A stretch of 38,525 nucleotides of DNA, from NCBI GenBank assembly GCA_051453625.1, contig JBOZIK010000001.1, positions 42,395,355-42,433,879 on the forward strand, in the 5' to 3' direction. Below, in pieces: positions 25,941 to 35,288 of the stretch; within the stretch, counting starts at the first letter, position 1, and every line of letters begins with the position of its first letter. The translations under genes and the position numbers were made by a program. The DNA is from Welwitschia mirabilis. Lineage: Eukaryota. The notes beneath the pieces are model-generated. The model was not told the origin of the DNA. It was given only the letters and a program-made list of their open reading frames with translations, and made no database searches.

Positions 25941-26788
25941 TTCAACAAAAGTAATAACAATGATGCCAATGAAGAGGAGAATAAAGAAGTATTCATGGAG
26001 GACCACCAAAGTTTAATGAATAATAAAATTAGCATGACCATTGAACTAACCCCAATTGAAGAGCCTACTCCTACAAAAAATGATCTTCTAATTCTTCCTC
26101 TTACACTTCTATGTAAAACTTAAAACACCATTTCCTCTTTAAGTCAACATTGCCTTGTGATGATTTTACTTGAAAAAAACATGACTTGGGATTACTTTAA
26201 ATTCTATTTTAGAGAAAACCTTATCTTCTTAGGTTTAGGCCATGCATTGAATTGAGTCTTAAAGAAGTTTTTAGTTATGTTAACCATGAATTAATCAATT
26301 CTCAAAAATAATTCTATGATATTTATAAGATCCATTTATTGTTATTGGGTAATATCAATATTGTTTTTAATGAAAATTATGCTTATTCCTTTTTGCACTA
26401 ATTTGATAAGAGAGTATTTTTCAAAGAATTGTATTAATTTTTCATCTCTTACATATCTTCTAAAATTTATGCTATCATGATCATATCATGTTTGATTTCA
26501 TATTACTAATTGATACTTATTAAGGATGAATTTGTACCTTCATATTTAGTTAATTTGTTTTAAAATGATTTGATCCTTATTTCACTGAAAAGATAAATTT
26601 TGATGGCTATGCTAAAATAACCTAACTTTTGAAATAAGAATCAACATAAAGTAATGGAATCATGTCTTATTGAAGCAATTGATTTTGTAAAATTATGTCG
26701 ATTACTTACCTTTTATGAATTATGTTCAAATGGTTTCTCTTCTCTGATATGTAGTATTTTAATTTTATTTTATTTCTTCATCATTTAG

Positions 26789-27027
26789 TGTTGAAGAGTA
26801 TATTCATTTATTTAATAAATAGCAAAGTGGATATGCCCATGTACTTTGTGTTTATTATAATTATTAACTTTTTTTTAAATTTATATCCATCTTTCATAGA
26901 TCTAACATTCTATTCTTAGTTGTACTATAATATTTATGTTTGAGAATTTAATAAAATTAATCAAAGCTTAAATTTATTATTAAATCAATCACATCTCCTC
27001 ATCTATCACTATGCATTTGCATCAATA
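26789..27027 (+). repeat. 5' LTR (or surviving part) of element C
   Basis: TGTTGAAGAG...TCAATA, collinear with 29228-29467. Confidence 0.85.
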
Positions 27028-27029
27028 AT

Positions 27030-27041
27030 TAGTATCAGAGT
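27030..27041 (+). promoter_or_regulatory. PBS of element C (tRNA-iMet)
   Basis: TAGTATCAGAGT versus TGGTATCAGAGC, 2 nt after the LTR. Confidence 0.85.
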
Positions 27042-28147
27042 GAATCTTAAGAGGAATTTGAAAGATGAAGAATCAGACAAAACTCAGCTATGTAACTATT
27101 AGATGCTTGAACACAACTAAAGACATCATCCTAAGAGCTGAGAGTATGTCTAGAATAATTCGACATTGAACAAAGAATTTTGTAAATAAGAGAAGTATCA
27201 CACCTATTCCTCTATGCAACTAAAACAGTAGTGTTTTCCACTAAAATACTAATAGCATTACCATCTGAATCATTTCCAATCTCCACCATGCTCATCATCT
27301 ACATTTAATACCCTACTATTTTGATTGCTCTTGCCCTCTATCTCTATGTCCACTAAGTCTTCCATAAAAATAAAAATAGCAGGTCCAATAACATGGTCAC
27401 TACAAATAGCCACATAAAAAAGGGGTATGATAATTTAGAGAAGAACTTTCTATAAAAGGTAAAAGACCTTTTGATCTATTATTCCTTANNNNNNNNNNTA
27501 CGAGATATATTTCAAGAGCCCTCTGCCTTTACACAAAACATACTATCTTATACTAAACAACTACTTGATATGTAACAAGATCTCTTATCTCTATTGCATG
27601 ATTCATAGATCTATTCTTTATTAAAGAGGCTACATCTATGTTATTGGTAAAAGATAGTTCAAAATTATCTTTAGTAGTTAGTTAATACATAACATTTTAA
27701 TGCCAAAAAGATGAAGGATGCATAGAAGTGGCACCAAAAAAAGGTCAAGTTAGCAGTTAAAGAAGGTAGAGAAAATATGTTCTAGAGCATCAACAAAATT
27801 ATGCATCTTGTATGAAATTCAACATGTAGTAGAATATTATGGATTATTATTAAGCTCAACTCAGAGCTACCCAATAATCAAGCCCATTAACATTTAAAAT
27901 CCTTAAAAAATTAAAAAAAACCTTTGTCATTCCCATTTTTTCTTAATTTTTTTAACCTTTGTTTCTAAAACTTATTGTATTATAACAAATTTTATATTTT
28001 ATTCCCTTGTATAAGAAAAATAATAAAACCATTTATTTTTAGAGTGATGAGGAAGAAGAGAAAGGGCATACATTACCCATAACATATAATCTAAGGCTTT
28101 ATAATTTTTAAAAAAAGGAGGGTTAAAATTGATAGGGATAAATTGAA

Positions 28148-28880
28148 ATGGGCAAAAATATAATAAAATTTAATTAAAAAAAACTTTCATGTTTAGTAGA
28201 TTAAAATGAAATTATTTCTAATTAATAAAGGTCTATAAAAGGTATTTAGTGGTAAATATCTTAAGCCATCAGATACCAGGAAGATTAATGATTGGGAATA
28301 TATAGATCAAGAAGCATTATTATTAATTAGTCTGAGTCTTGAAGATGATTATCTTAGTTACATTAATTTAAGTAAAACATTAAAAGAGATATGGGATGAA
28401 ATAAATAAGCTATTTAAATAAAGTGAAGATGAAGCTAAGTAAGATCTAAAACATCAACTTTATAGCTTAAAATTTGTAGAATCTAGAGACATCGATTAAT
28501 ACATCAATTTTTTAAAGTTATTTTTGACATAACTCAAAATAGTGAATTTAAAGATTGAAGATGATGATGCAAAAGCCATATTACTAAGTAGTTTATGCTT
28601 TGAAGAAGATTTCATATTCTTTAAAAAACACAATTTCAACTCTCCTTGGTGAAGCAAGGAAAATGGAGAAATATGAACAAAACAATGCTTTGGTCTCAAA
28701 TTAATAAAGATTTAGAAAACAACCAAGTAAAGAAAGAACTTATAGGTATTATAAGAAAAGGAAACATACAATAGTAAATTCCTTTGATCAAGCACATGCT
28801 CTTGTTAATGGAAAGATAAAATCAACAACTACGATTATAGAAGAAAATGATGACATAAAGGATGAAAATTCATCTGAGTA
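28148..28880 (+). pseudogene. Copia-type gag (UBN2/Retrotran_gag_2-like) pseudogene
   Basis: IKMKLFLINKGL*KVFSG...DWEYIDQEALLLISLSLEDDYLSYI...TLKEIWDEINKLF...LKIEDDDAKAILLSSL. Confidence 0.85.
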
Positions 28881-29227
28881 AGAAGAAGTTAAAGTAGGAG
28901 GATTATAAACCAAAGTTCATGTATTTTAATAGATCATAGTTAGTATTTTGGCATGCCATCATAAGTGTTAGTATTTTTTGATATGATATTGCCAACATTT
29001 TAATGGCTATTAATAGTTTTTGTTCTAATATTTTTAGTGGATATCAATAATCTTTATTCCAATATTTCAATGCTATTATGCATCATCATGAATCTTACTA
29101 ATTTAGTATCATATTTAAGCTAGCATGTTAGCTTAGTACTTGCTTACTATGATTCAAGTTTTATGCCTAGGCTTTTGTAAGCTCTAGTCTTAACATGCAG
29201 TGAGTGAAGGGACCTAGGAGAGCTAAG

Positions 29228-29467
29228 GTTTGAAGAGTATGTTCAGTTATTTAATAAATAGCATAGTGAGTATGCCCATGTGCTTTATGTTTATTATAAC
29301 TATTAACTATTTTTTTAAATTCAGATCCATCCTTCATGGATCAAATCTTCTATTATCAATTATACTATATTATATAATTTTGAGAAATTAAGAAAAATGA
29401 TCAATGCTTGAATTTCTTGTTAGATCAATCGCTACTCCCAATCTATCACTGCATATCTGCATGAACA
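29228..29467 (+). repeat. 3' LTR of element C (may extend left to ~28903)
   Basis: Aligns with 26789-27027 and ends GAACA. A better PPT-like tract (AAAGTAGGAGGA) lies at ~28891-28902. Confidence 0.8.
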
Positions 29468-30450
29468 GGTATGTCTAAGCATTTTATGCTTTTGTAATTT
29501 ATGAATGATGAATTGTATTTTAACCAATTTAGAAGTATTCAAAAACCTATGAACTTTTATTCCAAGATATAAAATGTGCTTAATTGAATTGATCATGTTA
29601 TATGCTTATCTCTTTATTAATTTTATTATGATGCTATAAATTATTAATTTCTTGATGTATGTACAAGTTACTTTCCATAAAAGAAAAGAAAATGAGAAGG
29701 GAAAAAAAGAAATAAAAGAATATTCAAAATATGATAATCATATAAATATGAAATATAAAAGCACTTTTGATGATCATGCCTAATCTATCTTGAGGATTAC
29801 TGCACTAGGGACAAAGTTGCCTAATGACTTTATCCTACCTAATAGGTCCTATTACTTGCTATAAAATCAAGGTTAGTAGTTTTAATAAAATCACTATCTA
29901 ATGGAAGGTATTCAAGGTAGAAGAAGTTACACCTCAAATCGTACTATAATCATCACAACATCTGTAGTATTGTTATTTTGTATCTATCTTTCTCTATTGA
30001 TGATTGGTAATCATGGCTATAATAGTTTAATTAGTATGTTATCATGTTTATCTTATTTAAGTAGAAATATGATGTTTTGCTAATTTTAAATCATGTTTTT
30101 TATTTGAAAAGAAGACACCTTTGGTAAGTGATCAACTTTAATTAGGATACATGCTATTGCAAAGTGTTAGTTTTTATTCCTTAAGTCAAAAATTTCAAAG
30201 TTATTTATGTATATTATATTACTTTAGAGGGCCATAACATTATGATGACTTTATTTCCTATAATTATTCATTAAATAACCTTTACCTTACTATATCATCA
30301 TTGATTACTTTTTTTCACTCCTAAACATTTTTGTATAATTACCCTTTACACATTTCATCCTATGTCTTACATTTAGTAGGAGGTTATGTTTTCATGTAAA
30401 AGTTCTCTAAATTTAAGACAAATATTTTTTTCTTAAGGGAATGAAATCCT

Positions 30451-30804
30451 TAAGGATTAGAGTCATTCATGAATAAATTTATGATAAAAATATGTTTTTA
30501 TAAAAACTTATAATTTTTTTTTTAAAATTTAATAAGTATTCATATGGCTTATGAGATGGACTCAATGCTTATGTGACATCATTTTGAAAAACTTTTGTCT
30601 CCTTACTAATTTGGCTTGTCATCATGATAAGGATTAGAGTCATTCATGAATAAATTTATGATAAAAATACCTTTTTATGAAAATTTAAAAATTGTTTTTC
30701 TAAATTCAATGAATATTCAAATGGCTTATGAGATGAACTCAATGCTTCTGTAACATAATTTTAAAATATTTTTATATCCATGCTAATTTGGCTTGTCTTT
30801 ATGA
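30451..30804 (+). repeat. 177 bp tandem duplication in the 3' UTR of element A
   Basis: Units start TAAGGATTAGAGTCATTCATGAATAAATTTATG at 30451 and 30628. Confidence 0.92.
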
Positions 30805-30820
30805 TCATTTGCTTGCTTTA

Positions 30821-30851
30821 TTAGGGACTAATAAATGCTACATGAGGGCTA
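30821..30851 (+). promoter_or_regulatory. PPT region of element A
   Basis: TTAGGGACTAATAAATGCTACATGAGGGCTA directly before the 3' LTR; same GAGGGCTA ending as in B. Confidence 0.65.
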
Positions 30852-32333
30852 TGTTATAAGGCCAAATTGGCTAATTTGACATATCATTTAGAATGTATTT
30901 TAGATCTTATTTCACAGGCTTTATGATTAATTTGACCACTTTTGGATGTTAAGGATGAAAGACATGAAACTAAGAATAATTTAGATAAACTCAAATGTGC
31001 ATCTAAATGAAGTTATTATGATAAATCCCTATAGAAAATTTACTACAGCAGTAAAAGTTATTGTGGTAAAGGCACTATAAGAAGTTATGTAGCATTATTT
31101 ACATGGTCATCTAGATGATACTATAGGATGCTTACACTATAGCATAGTTACTATAGTAATCATTATACAAAATTGTTAGGGTCATCCACCCTTGTCATTC
31201 TAACAGCACTAGAAGGATGATAGTCATTACAAAAATATCAGAAAGATATAACTTTTAATAATTGGATCTGTCATCCACCTATGATCATCTAAATGATACT
31301 CAGGATGACATTTCTTTTTAATAAAATTTAACAAGGATTACATGGTATGAGATGGAATATAATTCTTGATAGTTATAGGTGTGATCCACCATATTATCTA
31401 GATGACATCAAAGGATGATTAGTAGGAAAATAAGAAATAGAAAGATGACATTTTCATCCACTACATCGTCTAGATGACATCTAAGATGACATCAAGAATA
31501 TTTAAAATTAACAAGTGTTAAGAATTAAGGGATAGCTTTTAGCATCATCCATCTCATTTTCTAGATAATACCAGGTGGATAATAATTAGTTATTTGTTAA
31601 AAAATTAATCTTCCTATAATAATATTTTGTTTAAATATGCCCTTCCATATCACACCCCTTAGAAATCTTAATTGCTAACTTAAAACTATAAATATCCTTT
31701 TAGAAATCTTATTTCTTATATTTGATGCACTTTCAATCTTGTGAAAATTGAAAGTTAATTGGTGAAATATTAATTTGATTTTGAGAATTGTTTCACTTTG
31801 TTTTGGGCTGAGATTTATCCATTTAGGTGTTGTTACTCATGAAACGACATAAGCATACTTTATTTTTTAAGTGATGAATAAATCATGTTTCATTTAATTT
31901 TCTCTATTTGTATTACTTATTTTTCATGATATATTTTCTTCAAGATTCATGTTACATTGATAGGAATATGTTATGATTTCTAAGGGACAATCTAGATAAT
32001 AATACATTAGTAGTTTAATTAATCAAATTACATTAAGATTAGATTCATTTAATATAGTTATTTTACATTATATTTCATTATATCATTTTCCTCATTGCAT
32101 TATTATTTCATTCTTTTTGATGATTTAAAAACATAATCAATTCTATCCTTCTCTTTTTAATTCTTTCTTTCTCATTAGAATAAGATATTTCAATTCACTT
32201 TTCTCAAAGTTTACAAATATAAATCAAATCTCATCACTATACTAGAAGTGTTGTATTGCTTAAATTATGCTTTATAATATTATAATACTAACTTTCATGT
32301 CATTTATCAACATTATACTTTGAAACCATATCA
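30852..32333 (+). repeat. 3' LTR of element A
   Basis: TGTTATAAG...TATCA. Collinear with 10045-11543, but the last ~130-250 bp align poorly. Confidence 0.88.
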
Positions 32334-32336
32334 TTT

Positions 32337-32351
32337 TGGCACCACTACTGC
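32337..32351 (+). promoter_or_regulatory. Ectopic second PBS downstream of the 3' LTR of A
   Basis: ATCA-TTT-TGGCACCACTACTGC mirrors ATCA-TTT-TGGCGCCATTACTAG at 11540-11561. Confidence 0.75.
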
Positions 32352-32354
32352 CAA

Positions 32355-32768
32355 AAATATAAGCCCATCTTGTTACTTTTGGTTATGTGTATAAAGTAGG
32401 CATAGATTATGAAGAAACATATGCACGTGTTTCATGCCTTGAATTAGTTATATATTTTCTTACATATGCTTCCAAATATTACATGGTTGTTTAATAGACG
32501 AATGTTAAATATGCCTTCTTGAATGGAACTTTTAAAAAAGAGATGTACATCTTACAACCCAAATGTTTTGTAAAATATGATATTAAAAGTCATGTTTACT
32601 TATTGAAAGAGAATTTGTATGGTTTTAAACAAGTCCCAAGGGCATATTTTTCAAGGTTAAATTCCTTTACAAAATCATGGTTATAATAAATGTCATTTTA
32701 AAAATACCTTGTATAAGAAATTCATCAAAGACCATTGAATTTTTATCTTAATTTATGTTAATGATATG
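32355..32768 (+). pseudogene. Continuation of the Copia E1 RT (first ~204 bp duplicate 9841-10045)
   Basis: KYK...GIDYEETYA...AFLNGTFKKEMYILQPKCF...VYLLKENLYGFKQVPRA...LIYVNDM. Confidence 0.92.
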
Positions 32769-33993
32769 TGTTGCTGTGCATAATTTTGCAATCTTTTACA
32801 TCTTAATCACAAATAGATTTCTTGAAAAATATGATACACTGGTATAAATGGGAGTGATCCAAATGTCATAGACGCATTGAAGTCATGTGAGAAGAAGGAG
32901 AATTAATTTTCAAGAAAATATTATATCCAAAACTTAAGAATAATGCAAGAAAATAAATATGCAATGCAATGCAAATGTGACTTAATCTAGATGAACATCC
33001 ATCCTATTATTATATTGACTCATCATGAAGATTGATCTTGTATAACCTAAATTAGTGAAGGATAGTGTTACTAACCAAAAACAACTTAGGTTATCAAGTA
33101 AGTCAAATAAAGTGTAATGAAAAATGCTTCTAAACTACTATTGTCAACCTTAATAGAGATTACCCTTAAGATCTATATCATTAATAAGACTATTACCAAA
33201 TTAAGAATAACATAAACCATAAGGGATATTAAATTATTAACGAAGAAAAGAAACAAAATTTGTATTATGAATCAAATAATCATTTGGATTACAAAACATC
33301 TACACCTTAATGGAGGATGTACATTTCAACACCTAGGAAACATCTTTCTGTAACTATACAATATGGATCTTCCATCCTTCAATCTCCTATCATGATAATT
33401 TCTAGTATATTGAAGATGATATAAGGATCAAAGAAGGATTTATTTATATAATAAAGAAGTCATAACCATCACTTAAGGTGTGCTAAAGAATGTTCTTAAT
33501 TTAGAGAAAGTAATAGATGAAATAGATGAAAGTTGACTAGTCCTTTTAGTTGTCATCCTAACTATCATGGGGAGAATAATTGGAACAATCATACATGAGT
33601 CATTATTTTTCATCCTTCATGTTGTGGGAATGACATTGGGTATGCCATCTTTAGAAAAGAGGGCTTCATTGGTTCCAGTTGTAGTTTACATTAGCATTCC
33701 CATTAGCTTGTACAGTGTTATCATCTTCTCTATCATGGAAATGATAGTGGAAATGACAGTTTTCCTTATCTTTTCAACTTAAGAGTAGTTATCCTATAGT
33801 ATTGTTAATCTTTCTTCAAAGCATTGAGCATCATAGTATGCCTAAAATGCCTTTAAACATGCCAAGAATTACATGTTTTTATGATCATCCATCAACTGTC
33901 CATAATTCTTAGAATTACATCTAAACCTGTATAGATGTTTTACAACATAGCTTATAACACTTCATCAACTACATACAATTTGGTGATGCATCA
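32769..33993 (-). mobile_element. Solo LTR D, Athila-type, related to the LTRs of B
   Basis: The reverse complement starts TGATGCATCACCAAATTG and ends GCAACA. It matches B LTR blocks (GATAGGAGATTGAAGG, CCTCCATTAAGGTG, TATGACATTTG). No PBS or PPT in the flanks; the flanks ATATG and TTAAC differ. Confidence 0.85.
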
Positions 33994-34080
33994 TTAACAT
34001 TATAAAAGGAATATTTATGGGATTCCTCAGCTATAATGAAATGTTTTTTTATGAATTAATGGAATTATGTTATGCATAGT

Positions 34081-34385
34081 ATAATTATACGATGATGTAG
34101 GTTTAGCACGTTTTTCAATAATTATAATTTATTTTACTATGTTATCATGCATTCTAGGTATGTATTCTTAAATGTATTTTATTATATGTTCATGCATATG
34201 AATTAAATATCTAAAATAGTTATTTATTACATTATANNNNNNNNNNCTAGTAATATAATGATGCAAGTTTTAGCATAATATCCAAAGATCAGAGCTTCTT
34301 TTAGTATTCTTAATGCTTTCAAGTATGTATGCCTAAATATAATTTCTTACATGTTCATGCATATGAGTACAATATAATATTAGTG
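34081..34385. repeat. Degenerate ~165 bp tandem repeat
   Basis: GTATGTAT.C.TAAAT...ATGTTCATGCATATGA occurs at ~34158-34201 and ~34323-34366. Confidence 0.6.
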
Positions 34386-34591
34386 GTTTTTCTATGATGT
34401 TCATTGAAGGAATTAGACATTTAATAAGCTATTTTAATTATTTAACTTTTATTGTGCTAAGTTTATTAAGACTAATGATTTAATCAATGGTGTACCAGCT
34501 AGTTCCTTTTAGAATTTTATATTTATATATTATTAGAGTTAATATATTATGTTATAAAAGAAGTAGCTATGAGGTATCCTACTGAAATGGC

Positions 34592-34644
34592 ATGTGTGTA
34601 TGTGTACGCGCATGTGTATGTATGTGTATGTATGTATGTATGTG
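34592..34644. repeat. (TG)/(TATG)n simple repeat
   Basis: Read directly. Confidence 0.9.
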
Positions 34645-34940
34645 AATTGCATTTTCACATGTGTTTACTGTAATGTTTATTCTAGTATGATACTTTCCTT
34701 CCATTAGCTCATATCAAGAGGTTAAGGAGATATGAGGGGTTTTTTAAGCTTGGTGAATAAAGGTTACTAATGGATATTTTAGCCAAGTGAATAGGGGATT
34801 AACTATATACATTTGGATACCTATATATGATATATATTGATATACATATGTATTATCATCATTCATGCATTAGAATTCTTTGTTAGAAATGGATGTTCTA
34901 ATCTTGAGAGTTCTTAATTAGTTGCCTCATATACTTTTAG

Positions 34941-34966
34941 ATATATCTATATCTATATCTATATTT

Positions 34967-35018
<52 letters not shown>
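34941..35018. repeat. Compound (ATATCT)n-(AT)n microsatellite
   Basis: Read directly. Confidence 0.95.
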
Positions 35019-35020
<2 letters not shown>

Positions 35021-35288
35021 TTTAGTATTGTTTTGATTTAGTTTATCTTATTTCAAACATTAAGTTGTTACATTATTCTTACATTATTTCATGCATATGT
35101 TTGCCCACATACCCACTAATATATACTACCTTGATTTATTACATACTCATGCATATTAGTAGAGATGGAAATGAGATCTAAGATAAAANNNNNNNNNNNN
35201 NNNNNNNNNNNNNNNNNNNNNNNNNNNNNNNNNNNNNNNNNNNNNNNNNNNNNNNNNNNNNNNNNNNNNNNNNNNNNNNNNNNNNNNN

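Larger units (their letters stand above)
26789..29467 (+). mobile_element. Gag-only non-autonomous Copia-type element C (TR-GAG-like)
   Basis: Direct repeats at 26789-27027 and ~29228-29467, tRNA-iMet PBS at 27030, ~1.1 kb leader, Copia gag, no pol. No TSD found. Confidence 0.8.
10045..32333 (+). mobile_element. Non-autonomous Athila-type LTR element A (no pol), host of elements B and C
   Basis: Two ~1.5 kb direct-repeat LTRs, a tRNA-Asp PBS and a PPT-like tract. The internal region with B and C removed is ~3.5 kb and shows no RT, RNase H or INT motifs. Confidence 0.85.
6245..32768 (+). mobile_element. Ty1/Copia LTR retrotransposon E1 (decayed, interrupted by element A, 3' end missing)
   Basis: LTR end, then PBS, then gag-PR-INT-RT in Copia order. 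RT resumes after element A and stops just after the YVDD-like motif. The left boundary is approximate. Confidence 0.85.

Noticed and set aside
26746-26752. GATATGT resembling GGTATGT after element C, as a possible TSD
   Set aside because: It is ~36 bp from the repeat start and not adjacent to a matching LTR terminus; likely chance.
34255-34280. Short match to the reverse complement of the B LTR start, as an alternative end for solo LTR D
   Set aside because: The longer collinear match ends with a clean TCA at 33993, and this site falls within the local ~165 bp tandem repeat.
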